From positions 41,668 to 105,667 of IMG/VR virus record IMGVR_UViG_2841729706_000003: a stretch of 64,000 bases of DNA; one strand, 5' to 3'. Each line of letters begins with the position of its first letter. Position 1 is the first letter of the stretch. Shown piece after piece: positions 27,933-37,313 of this stretch. The translations under genes were made by a program, and so were the position numbers. The notes beneath the pieces were generated by a model. The model saw only the letters and a program-made list of their open reading frames with translations. It did no database searches and was not told the origin of the DNA. The stretch is from a virus. Taxonomy: Duplodnaviria > Heunggongvirae > Uroviricota > Caudoviricetes.

Positions 27933-29191
27933 GCGGCGTCAGCCTCATTGTCGTCGTCAGGGGTGTTGTCGTTTGCAGGCGGATCTGGTGGCTGTGTTCC
28001 AAGCACCACCGTCGCGCCCTGCATGAACAGTTCTTCGGCAGCAGCATTCTTGTGCTTACCGCGGTTCTCCAGCGCGCGTCCCTCATTCGGGGTGAGGAAG
28101 CCGGCCTGGATGCCGCGTGCGATGCCATCGATTCGGCTCTTGAAGTCGCCCCGCATGAGACCGTCTAGATTGTGCTCGATGTAGCGGGATGATCCGCCAC
28201 GCCCGAAGAACTTCAGGTTCAATTCATCTTCCAGCGCCTTGGCCCACTGGCCGATAAGGTGCTTCACGAGATGAAGATCTTGCTGCTCGGCGTTACTAAA
28301 CGTGGCCCGCGACAAGTCCTGCAGAAACACAGGTGGCAACTGATAGGCACGAGAGATTTCCTCGACCTGAAAGCGCCGCGCCTCAATCATCTGGCCTTTG
28401 GCAGGATCGAAGCCGACGGGCTTCAACTCGTATCCGCCAGGAATCGGCGTGATGGGCTTGCCGGTAGCTTTAGCGTTATCGATTGCCGCGGTAACGTCCG
28501 CCAGCGCGCGCTTCATTGCCTCCGCGCCAGCAGGTAGAGGACCAACAAGCGCTAGTGGCGGAACGCCTCCGCCAGCAAAGAAGTTGCTGCCGTAATCATT
28601 CATAGCTATGGCAAGTTGAATTGCCTTTGCCGCCATATTGATTGGGCCGTAGTGGCTCAATCCGTCCGATTTCAGCATAAACGGCACGTCGATCACGTCA
28701 GCAGCCTGATAGGTCTTACCTTCAGACTGATATGTGACGCGACCCGCCGTGCGTTTGACCGTAGTCTTCTTCGGATCAAGCGCCCAAAGGGCTTCGACGC
28801 CCTGCGGAGTCCGCTCTATCCAGGCAAGGCCGCGGCCGCCAGTGAACACCTGTTGCCAGAAATGCTGCCAGAACTTGAACGACCCGGCTGCATCATTAGG
28901 AGCAACATTGACAACAGTTTCTAACTTGCCCCCCGCCCTCTTCGCACCTTCCTTCGTGTCTCGGTAGGCATGGCGTGGAATTGCCGCCAGTGTTCGAGAC
29001 ATGAAAGCGACAGCCGCCCACACGGCTGGAACCGTCAGAGCACTGTCGATGGTTACATTCGCGAGGGTTGCACCGTTTAAACCGAAGAAAGATAGAAAAT
29101 TCTCGGAACTCACCGGAATCGTCGGATTTTCAATGGTTTCAGCGCGAGTTTCCACGCTTTCTTCCGGTTTAGCCCGGCTAAATGGCCACAT
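27929..29191 (-). CDS. Portal protein, HK97 family
   Basis: 420 aa; ...WQHFWQQVFTGGRGLAWIER...; gene order terminase-portal-protease-capsid. Confidence 0.7.
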   Translation of the reverse strand: MWPFSRAKPEESVETRAETIENPTIPVSSENFLSFFGLNGATLANVTIDSALTVPAVWAAVAFMSRTLAAIPRHAYRDTKEGAKRAGGKLETVVNVAPNDAAGSFKFWQHFWQQVFTGGRGLAWIERTPQGVEALWALDPKKTTVKRTAGRVTYQSEGKTYQAADVIDVPFMLKSDGLSHYGPINMAAKAIQLAIAMNDYGSNFFAGGGVPPLALVGPLPAGAEAMKRALADVTAAIDNAKATGKPITPIPGGYELKPVGFDPAKGQMIEARRFQVEEISRAYQLPPVFLQDLSRATFSNAEQQDLHLVKHLIGQWAKALEDELNLKFFGRGGSSRYIEHNLDGLMRGDFKSRIDGIARGIQAGFLTPNEGRALENRGKHKNAAAEELFMQGATVVLGTQPPDPPANDNTPDDDNEADAA

Positions 29192-31092
29192 TATTGGGCT
29201 CCAATTTTCGTCAGGCTAAATTCAGGGTCGTTCCAAGGGGAAGACTGTGCTGTTACAGTCGGCTTGTCAGCCGCGGCGCCAACCGCCATTGCCAAAGCAA
29301 CGGCCGCGTCGATGCGTACCGACGCCCTTGTCTTGACGAACCATCGATTGCCATGCGGGTCTGGCGGATGATTGAAAGTCGATCCCATGAGGGCCGTCAT
29401 CAACACCGGATTTGAGCGAAGCCGAATACGACCGTCGACAATCAAATCCTCGAGCGCTGTCACCGACCCCGGCATCCAAAGCCCCAACGGAGGCTTTTCG
29501 CCGGCAGCTTTCGCCGCTTCAATCTTCTCTTCAGAAGGTCGCGCCCTCACCTTACCGCCTTGCGGGTGTGGAAGCTGTTCGGCCGTCACTTCGAAGATAT
29601 CGAGTTCATCTTTGAATGCTGCGTAGGCATAGTTATCGTAGGCGATCGACTGGATGTCGTAGAGCCTATCCAACTCGGCAACACGCGCCGCAACGATGTC
29701 GAACCGAATACGCTTCCCTTCGGGGGCGTTTAGGTACTTGTCCCGTACCCACACGTCGTATGGTTGCTTGTCGGCCGTAACTCGGGCTGCAAGCGTATCG
29801 CCAGGCGTCCACGCCTCGATCCATGCGTCGTATGTCGGCAGGTCAGCGGTTTCACCGTCCTCGCGCGTGACTGTAATGAAGCCAGTCGGCTGGACGCACG
29901 CTACAACAGTCATGTCCTTCGTGCCGGAAAGGTCGACGCCGAGATAGAGCGGGCCGCCTTCCGGCAAGGCCCATTCCGACATGACCTGCTCAACTGTCGC
30001 GCGAGGCATCCATGCCTTGTCGGCGTCAGTCCACACGCAGAAGTGCAGGCGCAGAACGTTGTTTAGCTTGCCGGGAACATCGCGCGCTTCCGCCACAACG
30101 CCCGCCAAGTAATCATGCGTCAGGATCGTGCCGAGGAGCGGGTTTGCCTTGGCCCAGCACGACGGATCCGTCATCGGATCGTCGCCCTTGTCTAGGGCGC
30201 AGACATAAGCAAAGACACTGTCGCTGCCTTCCCAGGTCTCGCCAACGAAAGTGAACTCTTCGTCTGGAGTCTGAGTGCCAGCCAAAACCTTGACCGCTCG
30301 CTCCCGCTCTTCCCAGCAAACGCTGTTTCGATCCGAACCGGAGTTCGTAATCATCAAGAGCAGGGGATTCTGGCGGAATTTGAAGCCGCGCTGCAGCATC
30401 TCCATGATGCTGCGGTCGGGGTGCTCGTGCACCTCGTCGCAAAGTGCAAAATGCGGTCTCGGGCCGGAGCCGGTCTTGCCGGCTTCCTTGGATATCGGCC
30501 GAAAGAACGATCCCGACTTGTGGTGGGCAATGTTGAACTCTTTGCCCAATCCACCGCTGAACTTTACGCGTGACTCGATCGCCGGAGCCTGTCGAACCAT
30601 CTTGCACGCATCCTGAAACAGGATTTGCGCCTGGTCTTTCTTGGCCGCGGCGGCATAAATCTGCGCGCCAGATTCCTTATCGGCGGTTAGACCGTAGAGC
30701 CCTACACCACCTGCGAACGGTGACTTCCCGTTCCCTTTGCCTTCCTCGATGTAGACCGTGCGAAAACGGCGTGTACCGTCCGCCTTCTTCCATCCGAAGA
30801 TCGAACCCAGCTTGAACGCCTGAGACGGGTGCAGCTTGAACGGCTTGCCATCGAACTGACCCTCGCTAAGACGAAGACGCTCCTCAAAGAACCGAAAAAC
30901 CCGGTTCGCGGCGTCGTCATCCCAGTATAGCCCTCGCTCGTGCCCGCGCTCCAAATCGGCGAAGTGCCGTCGGCAAGCGTTGCGCACGTGTGGGCCGGCA
31001 ATCTCATTTCCGTCTAATACCGCTTGCGCATAAGCATTGACGCGCCGCAGCGCCACCTCAGTCGAGGAGGTCGTCTTTGTCGTCCTCGTCAT
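29191..31092 (-). CDS. Terminase large subunit
   Basis: Walker A-like IEEGKGNGKSPFAGG, ATPase N-domain plus nuclease C-domain architecture; start taken at Met MTRTTKTT. Confidence 0.7.
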   Translation of the reverse strand: MTRTTKTTSSTEVALRRVNAYAQAVLDGNEIAGPHVRNACRRHFADLERGHERGLYWDDDAANRVFRFFEERLRLSEGQFDGKPFKLHPSQAFKLGSIFGWKKADGTRRFRTVYIEEGKGNGKSPFAGGVGLYGLTADKESGAQIYAAAAKKDQAQILFQDACKMVRQAPAIESRVKFSGGLGKEFNIAHHKSGSFFRPISKEAGKTGSGPRPHFALCDEVHEHPDRSIMEMLQRGFKFRQNPLLLMITNSGSDRNSVCWEERERAVKVLAGTQTPDEEFTFVGETWEGSDSVFAYVCALDKGDDPMTDPSCWAKANPLLGTILTHDYLAGVVAEARDVPGKLNNVLRLHFCVWTDADKAWMPRATVEQVMSEWALPEGGPLYLGVDLSGTKDMTVVACVQPTGFITVTREDGETADLPTYDAWIEAWTPGDTLAARVTADKQPYDVWVRDKYLNAPEGKRIRFDIVAARVAELDRLYDIQSIAYDNYAYAAFKDELDIFEVTAEQLPHPQGGKVRARPSEEKIEAAKAAGEKPPLGLWMPGSVTALEDLIVDGRIRLRSNPVLMTALMGSTFNHPPDPHGNRWFVKTRASVRIDAAVALAMAVGAAADKPTVTAQSSPWNDPEFSLTKIGAQ

Positions 31093-31444
31093 CAGGCACC
31101 GTGATTTTGCTGGCGTCGGACGGAGTTGCACCCATCTGGCCGAGGACTTGTCGGAGAAAGTTCATTCTCTGAACGCCAACCTCTTGGCCTGCCATAATCG
31201 CGCCCTGCACATGTGAGGCCATACCGACCAGCATCCGGTGCGATTGCGTCAGCCAGGGAATTTCTTTCTGGAAAAGCAGCCAGGCAGACTTCGCCTTGCT
31301 GGCGTCGGTGTCGACAAGCCACTTAGGCGGGGCGCCGAGAGGGCCGTTTGCCTTGGGCTCCACGCGCTTTTTGAAGCGCCCGGCGTTCATCTTGTCGCGA
31401 CCCTCGACTTTTGCCTTGCCGAGGGGATTTCTCGGCCTAGCCAT
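31058..31444 (-). CDS. Terminase small subunit (P27-like)
   Basis: 128-aa basic protein MARPRNPLGKAKVEGRDK... immediately upstream of the large subunit. Confidence 0.45.
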   Translation of the reverse strand: MARPRNPLGKAKVEGRDKMNAGRFKKRVEPKANGPLGAPPKWLVDTDASKAKSAWLLFQKEIPWLTQSHRMLVGMASHVQGAIMAGQEVGVQRMNFLRQVLGQMGATPSDASKITVPDDEDDKDDLLD

Positions 31445-31630
31445 GGAATGAAATCCTATTCAGGGGTCATAATTTGAATTGCAGATGCGTGCGCGATGCT
31501 CCCACGCCGGTCCCGCGTTTCGGGGTGTTGCGACTTTGCAACACCCCCCTACCTGTTGCCAAAATGCAACACGAAACAATATTGCGTGAAACATTCGTGA
31601 AACATTGTGCGGTGCGCAGGGGTTTTATTC

Positions 31631-31963
31631 CTACAACGGCCAGCCGTCCGCACCGAACCTCACCACGGCCTTGCCGTGGTCCTCTAGCTGGCCGCGCGAG
31701 GCATGGCATGGCTTGCACGTCGACACGAAAGGACCGCTCCAGAACTTATCTAGATCGCCCTTATGCGCCTCTGCGTGGTGCACCTCAGTGGCCGCAGTCA
31801 CGTCTTCTCGCTCAAGGCACCACTCACACAGTGGATCCTGTGCGAGCTTGGCCTCGCGTGTGCGCTGCCATCGTGCGGTCTTATATAGCTTTCGGTATTC
31901 GGCCGCCTCGGCAGAGCGATAGTCAGGCCGGACAGCCATGCGGCTCGCGCATATGCCAACCAC
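31631..31963 (-). CDS. HNH endonuclease (packaging-associated)
   Basis: C-x2-C...HH...C-x2-C pattern CEWCL...TEVHHAEAHKGD...CKPCHASRG; typical position upstream of terminase genes. Confidence 0.6.
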   Translation of the reverse strand: MVGICASRMAVRPDYRSAEAAEYRKLYKTARWQRTREAKLAQDPLCEWCLEREDVTAATEVHHAEAHKGDLDKFWSGPFVSTCKPCHASRGQLEDHGKAVVRFGADGWPL

Positions 31964-32167
31964 CGAACCACTGCCGGACCTTGTCCATAAGGCGGTCGAT
32001 CATCCTGCCACATCCTCCATCAGCCTGCCTGCATCCTTTGCGATGCGACGAGCTTTCGTCTCCGTATAGCTCTCACGGCGATCGACAAGGTCACCACCTA
32101 GGGTAACAATGTCTGCAGCCATAGATACGGGAAGCGTGGCAACATTGGCCGCCGTGCGAATAGTAGG

Positions 32168-33514
32168 CTATTCGGATTTCGGTGTGGAATTGACATCATG
32201 AAGAAGTCTCCTCGCCGTGTGGAATCTAGCGTGGCAGTTTGCGCAAACACGCATCACCGAACCCGTCGTGGGATCGGTATGGCGGGACAGCGGAAACCAG
32301 TCTGGGAACACTCCCAAGCAACTTTCGCACAGCACCAGCGGCTTGCTCGTAATGGGCTTTTGAAGCAGGGCCTTGGCTCGGATGCGATCAAAACTGTAAC
32401 CGCGTCCTGCTCGGTTGAAGTCCTTCACGAGCCTGTTTCGTGCTTCGGTGTATGCGTTGGTGAAGCGGTGATCGAAGTAGTTGAATACCTCGGTTCGCCA
32501 GTTCTCGACCGTGGCCGCCAGCGCGTCAAACTCCAACCGAACCGTGTCGGGGATCGACGCCTTCCACTCGTCAAACCGTCGTTCTGCGTCGGCTCGGTCC
32601 GTTGCCTCCCAGATGGAATAGAACCCTTCCTTGGCCGTCCATCCGTCCTTGAGCAACGGGTTGTTGTCGAGCATGCCGTCAAGCATCAGTCGCCTCATCG
32701 GAGACAGCTTCGACGGGCGGATGTGCATCAGCAATCGGCCGCGGTGCGGGTTCTTCCGCATCTTTCCCTTCGCGCCCTTGCGGAACCTGCTTCGGACGAG
32801 GTCGAGCTTCTCATTCGCCTTGCTGACGACGTGCCACTTGTCGGTGACGACGATGGCGTTCGGCAGCAGCTCTCTGGCGACTTCGGCGTACGGTCCCCAC
32901 ATGTCGATGGTCACGATCCGAACACGCTCGCGACCAGGCATCCACGACAGCCAGTGGTTGACGGCAGGCTTCGCCATGGAGTCGATCATGTCCAGCAGAC
33001 GGCGGTTGGCAACGTCCACGAACACAGTCCGCTTCCGCTTCCGAATGGTCAGCTCGTCGATGCCCAGGATGATGACGGGCTCCCGAAGGTTTGCGCCGAC
33101 GGCCATCTGAACATGCTCGTCGCAGATGTTCCGAACCGTCTTCTCGTCCACATCAACATGCCGGGCAACAGCGCTGTAGGTCTGCATGATGCCCTGTTCG
33201 ACGATGTAGTCCGTGAGCCGCTTCGTCATGCGGCGGTTGCTGTCCATCGCTGGCAGCTCCTGCATGGAAGTCTCCCCGCACTCCCGGCATTTGTACCGCG
33301 CGACTTCGGCGCGGATGATCAGCGGCTGGCCGAAAGTCGGGATGTCCCGGTAGTTCACGAGCTTCTTGCCGTGCTTGTACAATCGGTCGACCGATCCGCA
33401 TTTCGGGCAGTCCCGAGCGTCGGTGTCGTAGGTCGCCTCAGCGACGGTTTCGTTCTGTTGGCGGTCAAGGACGTGCACGGTCCAGCCCTCCAACCACAGC
33501 GCGTTGTTTGCCAT
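32168..33514 (-). CDS. ISL3-family DDE transposase
   Basis: N-terminal double zinc-finger CPKCGS...H...RYKCRECGETSMQELP plus HTH and DDE region, typical of zf-ISL3/DDE_Tnp_ISL3. Confidence 0.65.
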   Translation of the reverse strand: MANNALWLEGWTVHVLDRQQNETVAEATYDTDARDCPKCGSVDRLYKHGKKLVNYRDIPTFGQPLIIRAEVARYKCRECGETSMQELPAMDSNRRMTKRLTDYIVEQGIMQTYSAVARHVDVDEKTVRNICDEHVQMAVGANLREPVIILGIDELTIRKRKRTVFVDVANRRLLDMIDSMAKPAVNHWLSWMPGRERVRIVTIDMWGPYAEVARELLPNAIVVTDKWHVVSKANEKLDLVRSRFRKGAKGKMRKNPHRGRLLMHIRPSKLSPMRRLMLDGMLDNNPLLKDGWTAKEGFYSIWEATDRADAERRFDEWKASIPDTVRLEFDALAATVENWRTEVFNYFDHRFTNAYTEARNRLVKDFNRAGRGYSFDRIRAKALLQKPITSKPLVLCESCLGVFPDWFPLSRHTDPTTGSVMRVCANCHARFHTARRLLHDVNSTPKSE

Positions 33515-33568
33515 GCTTGCCCCTCAATCGAGGCGAGTCATACCGGAAACGGAATATCGTGTGGAGTC

Positions 33569-34045
33569 TCATGGGCGCTCCATAATCAAAAGGCCGCCCT
33601 TGGTCAGTCCACAACGCCGCCATCCAGCGGCCACAAAGCAGAAGCCCGGATTGCGGCTCCTGACTGCTTTCGAATTGACGTAGGTGTAGTGCCTTTCACC
33701 AGGCCAGCAGTGATCAGCGATTGCGTCAGCCTGTCGGATAAGGTCGGACGCGAGGTTCGGACTCTCGTTCCTGAAGACGGCGCAGTTGATCCCTTGCTCT
33801 CCGCTGGCATCGATGAACTTGCGCCAGACGAACATAGCGTCTCCATCTCCGGTTCGAAGAACGATCTTCTCCCCAGGTCCAGCGAACAGCACGCGCTTGC
33901 GGCCGTCTCGGTATCGATAGCACGAGTAATGGCGTTCATAGAGGTCCAAACAGGTCCGGTCGCCATCCTTGGTGAGGTACCACAGAGGCTCCGTCACAAG
34001 CATCCCTTTCCACACTATAATCCGAAACGGAGCATAGCATGTCAT
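33569..34045 (-). CDS. Hypothetical protein (passenger ORF inside the IS, upstream of the transposase)
   Basis: 158-aa ORF lying inside the terminal inverted repeats. Confidence 0.35.
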   Translation of the reverse strand: MTCYAPFRIIVWKGMLVTEPLWYLTKDGDRTCLDLYERHYSCYRYRDGRKRVLFAGPGEKIVLRTGDGDAMFVWRKFIDASGEQGINCAVFRNESPNLASDLIRQADAIADHCWPGERHYTYVNSKAVRSRNPGFCFVAAGWRRCGLTKGGLLIMERP

Positions 34046-34311
34046 GGCCTACTTTCCACACGAAAATCCGAATACCCGAATAGTACGGGAAAGAAAACCG
34101 ATCATCGGAAGATGCTCCCCAAGGACGGGGACACCTTGTCCCGCACCGACTGCCAATACAGTCGGGCATGGCCAGTTACAGCATCACATGCGAGCACAGC
34201 ATCGCACTGACGCAATAGTGAAAGCTTTGCATTCATGCCTTGTCTCCTCAAACAAAATGGCCAACGCACTCGGCGCCTATGTCAGACGTTGCTACGTTGG
34301 CGGGTCGTAAT

Positions 34312-34386
34312 TGGTCAGGATGGCCGGACTCGAACCGGCGTTCCGAGCTTCCAAAGCTCAGCGATTAGCCACCATCTTCCACCCTG
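34312..34386 (-). tRNA. tRNA-Pro (anticodon UGG), phage-encoded, 3' CCA encoded
   Basis: Cloverleaf by eye: acceptor CAGGGTG/CATCCTG (one G-U pair), anticodon stem TGAGC/GCTCG with loop TTTGGAA (U33, UGG, A37), T-arm GCCGG-TTCGAGT-CCGGC, discriminator A, CCA. Atypical G8 and a weak D-stem. Confidence 0.5.
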
Positions 34387-34570
34387 TTAGCGCGTGCGCT
34401 GTATGGGTGGGTCGCGGTCGATCTTCCATATCTCGATCTCCGGGATAAAAATGCCCAGCGTACCGACTATTGAGAGGGCAGAGGCTGGGCGAGACGCGGA
34501 TGTCTGCACTTGGCAGAGCAGAGCCGCTGACGGGGAATTGGTGCCCTAGCGAGGAATCGAACCCCGGACA

Positions 34571-34981
34571 TCAATTGCAAAACATGAATAAAGGGAGCGG
34601 CTCAATCGTCTTTACGATTGGCGCGGCAAATGTGCCATCACTCCATTGCCGATGCGTTCTGCGTCGATGGCAGTTGGCGCAACGAACATCACATTTACCT
34701 ATTTCCGCGATAACTCGTTGAAGGGACATTCCAAGCGTATTGGCTTCACCAATAGAGAAATCCTTTTCGCTAACGTCCCTATGGTCAAACTCCAAGACGA
34801 CAGGATCTGGTTCGCCACAATCAACGCACGGATGACGGCCAAGATGCTCTGCGACGTATGACCGTACCCGGTCACGCTCTCTTGCAGAGTGCTTCTTGGC
34901 TCTAGCCTTGTAGATGTGCTTGTTAGCCTCGTAATGTCGTCTTGCGGCAGCCTTCTGGTCAAGTGGATTTGCGTAGGCCAT
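34571..34981 (-). CDS. HNH endonuclease
   Basis: From Met MAYANPLD (SD AAGGAA upstream); CVDCGEPDPVVLEFDHRD...CANCHRRRT HNH motif. Confidence 0.55.
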   Translation of the reverse strand: MAYANPLDQKAAARRHYEANKHIYKARAKKHSARERDRVRSYVAEHLGRHPCVDCGEPDPVVLEFDHRDVSEKDFSIGEANTLGMSLQRVIAEIGKCDVRCANCHRRRTHRQWSDGTFAAPIVKTIEPLPLFMFCN

Positions 34982-35394
34982 AAATTCCTTGCTACCTGAC
35001 TTCTCTACCGGCGCAGAATAACGAAGACCGGGCGACATAAGCCGCATCGTGACGCTACGAACGTGTGCAAAGCAGTGACGCCGGCCATGACAACGTATGC
35101 CCATTCGGGCAAACCTATAGCGGCAGCCTCAACCCACTTTCGCAGGGAGGCCGCCGCAGAAAGCCCAATGCAGCCGGAGGAGACAGCGCAGTGGGCGATG
35201 GAAAGCAAGGGACGGACGGGAATCCCCATCCTTCTCAGTCGTGCTGCCTTGCTTGTTTGGGTAGTTACCCGACGCTCAGAGACGGCACCTAACTGCCGCA
35301 TGGCTTCGGGTCCGCGTGACGCGGAATAGTGCGGGGAGGCAATATAGTCTCCATCCCCTTCACTATACTGTGAGCTTAAGTGCGGAATCCCTAC

Positions 35395-36297
35395 CTATGC
35401 GGCCGATTTTTTTAGCTCGATGGTGAGATTGTCGTTTGCCGCCATGAGTCTCTTGCGTCCACCGCCTCTTTTATCGGCGTACAGCCGGGACTGGCCGGCC
35501 GCTACACCAATCTCGGCAAAGCTACCTGCAACCATTGCCTTATCTAGTGTTTCTCGGTCTTCTTTCTTCAGCGCCGTAAGCGTTTCGTCCCATATCTCGC
35601 GATTAACGATTGATGTGCACATATCCTGCCACATCATCGCGCCGGTCTCGCCCTTCTTGCCCTTCTGCATTCCAACGAAACTATCGGCTACGCGAGATGA
35701 ACCACATGGCAGGCCAGGCTTCAGTTTTTTTACCTTTGGCATTACCGGGGTATTTGCGATGGCTTCTGCCAAAATCGACCGGCTCTGGCTTGCTGTTAAA
35801 GACGGCCCGTTCTTACGCTTTTTCCGAGGGACGTATCTTGGCTCAATTGTCTTAAGCACCCTTGAAAAGTACAGGTTGCTCTGCTCAAGTTCGGCGTTCG
35901 TGTAATCCTTCCCGCCGGCTTGCTGTTTTGCCTTCTCCACAGTGCCGAGCATGGCACCAATGGGCATTCTGAAGTCCGCCTGTATCACTTTGTCGTCGGG
36001 GCCGAGAGCGTATCCCTTCTCTCTCTGGGCTCCATCGCTAAACGAGAGCCGGCCAATTCGGACAATCTGTCCGGCTTCATTCCTCTCGACCGGGAACGTT
36101 GCCTGCCGCAGTATCTCCTGAACTGACGGCGTGACTAGAAGATTTCTCTCAAAGCTGAAGTCCGCCGTTTCTTCTGGGTCGGCGTTGTCGTTTGCAGCCA
36201 CTACACACCAATTAGTCTGAATTGGCTCGATCGGACCTTCTGGCCTATCACGGTACGCAAGCAGCGCGCTTCCAAAGTCCTTGTATGCGGAGGTCAT
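35395..36297 (-). CDS. Hypothetical protein
   Basis: 300-aa ORF; start overlaps the stop of the small acidic ORF (ATGA). Confidence 0.4.
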   Translation of the reverse strand: MTSAYKDFGSALLAYRDRPEGPIEPIQTNWCVVAANDNADPEETADFSFERNLLVTPSVQEILRQATFPVERNEAGQIVRIGRLSFSDGAQREKGYALGPDDKVIQADFRMPIGAMLGTVEKAKQQAGGKDYTNAELEQSNLYFSRVLKTIEPRYVPRKKRKNGPSLTASQSRSILAEAIANTPVMPKVKKLKPGLPCGSSRVADSFVGMQKGKKGETGAMMWQDMCTSIVNREIWDETLTALKKEDRETLDKAMVAGSFAEIGVAAGQSRLYADKRGGGRKRLMAANDNLTIELKKSAA

Positions 36298-36443
36298 GCC
36301 GCCTCCCTGATGAAATCTTCTTCGAAGAGTTCGTCCTCGAATTTCTCCTCATCGTAATAGTCGTGGTCGAACTCGCCATCTTGATTGATGCGATAGACTT
36401 CCGGGTCTTTACGATTGTCATTAATTGCCTTGGGTGGCATTTC
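36297..36443 (-). CDS. Small acidic protein (48 aa)
   Basis: Unlisted ORF MPPKAINDNRKDPEVYRINQDGEFDHDYYDEEKFEDELFEEDFIREAA preceded by CCACCACATGAGGAGACAAGAA-ATG. Confidence 0.3.
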
Positions 36444-36497
36444 TTGTCTCCTCATGTGGTGGTTGGCTTGGTGGGCCAGACTCGCGATTGGTAATCG

Positions 36498-37070
36498 CTA
36501 GATAAGGTTGGATAGTTTTGTTGGTGTTGTCAATGTTGTTGCGCTGTTTGTAGCCTCGACTTCCCGGTCATTTGCGGCTATCCACGATCGCACCAAGGCA
36601 ACTGCCTGCTCCGCTGCGTCTTCCTTCGTCACAGCCCGGACTACCGTGATGTCGTGGCCGATCTTGGCTAGGGCTGGATGACGTTCCTTCTGGCTATCCG
36701 TAAGGTTTGCGCGGCCAACCTTGTTTTCGAACATCTTGATCCGCCCGTCGAGGAGATAAATTCTGACGTCGGCTTCGCCTGGCGTCAGGCCAGCCGCGAT
36801 GGCCTCGACCTGCGCACGTGGGCCACGCTTGGCGGAATTCATGTCGCCGGCCAAAAGGAACTGCTTGCCGTATTCAGGCATGCGGCGGAGGGCGAGAACC
36901 TGGGCAGCCTGCAGTTCCCATTCGAGAGGCAAAGCCTTGGAGGTGGTGACACGACCATTGCGGGTTGTGATTTTGGTTCGGACGCCGTTTATGCGGACGG
37001 TCTGGGTCGTGGTGCGGGCCGTGGGCTTACGGGTGGTTTTGGGGGTGGTGGCTGATGTGGCTTTTGCCAT
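36498..37070 (-). CDS. Hypothetical protein
   Basis: 190-aa ORF with Thr/Lys-rich N-terminus, immediately downstream of the AT-rich tract. Confidence 0.4.
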   Translation of the reverse strand: MAKATSATTPKTTRKPTARTTTQTVRINGVRTKITTRNGRVTTSKALPLEWELQAAQVLALRRMPEYGKQFLLAGDMNSAKRGPRAQVEAIAAGLTPGEADVRIYLLDGRIKMFENKVGRANLTDSQKERHPALAKIGHDITVVRAVTKEDAAEQAVALVRSWIAANDREVEATNSATTLTTPTKLSNLI

Positions 37071-37275
37071 TTGTCCATTCCTCTCTTATATATTACACAG
37101 ACAGAGAACATTATAAGAACATAGACTATATACATAACGTTATGGATTATTGGATTTTATTATATATATAGAGTATAAGTACCTTGTTTTCATTGAGCTT
37201 TTCGTCCTGACTTTTGTCCAAACGGGGCGTGGATTTATCCGGGACGAAAGTTGGACCTTTGCATTTCGTCCATGG
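37071..37275. promoter_or_regulatory. AT-rich intergenic tract (about 130 bp) flanked by TTTCGTCC/GGACGAAA repeats; candidate origin of replication or early-late regulatory region
   Basis: 37071-37200 is very AT-rich in a roughly 60-65 % GC genome; octamer TTTCGTCC at about 37200 and 37264, inverted copy GGACGAAA at about 37242. Confidence 0.35.
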
Positions 37276-37313
37276 ATGAAACTACGGCTTGGATGGAAGA
37301 AAGGCGGGGTGGC

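Larger units (their letters stand above)
32166..34077 (-). mobile_element. ISL3-family insertion sequence (1.9 kb) carrying a transposase plus one passenger ORF; flanked by an 8-bp target-site duplication GAATAGTA
   Basis: Terminal inverted repeats GGCTATTCGGATTTCGGTGTGGAAT (32166-32190) and reverse complement of 34053-34077 GGGTATTCGGATTTTCGTGTGGAAA; direct repeats gaatagta at 32158-32165 and 34078-34085. Confidence 0.65.

Noticed and set aside
33544-33560. Weak inverted-repeat match CCGGAAACGGAATATCG considered as the right end of the IS
   Set aside because: Only about 12/17 matches and no target duplication. A much better IR (about 22/25) with a perfect 8-bp direct repeat is found at 34053-34085.
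32198-34210. 670-aa plus-strand ORF, the longest ORF in this area
   Set aside because: It lies exactly antisense to the ISL3 transposase and passenger ORF, and its translation is low-complexity Arg/Val/Gly-rich with no motifs. It is an artefact of high GC content.
34312-34386. Possibility that the internal tRNA marks the boundary between two different prophages
   Set aside because: Both halves of the cloverleaf are present, and phage genes of the same orientation and codon style continue on both sides, so it is better explained as a phage-encoded tRNA.
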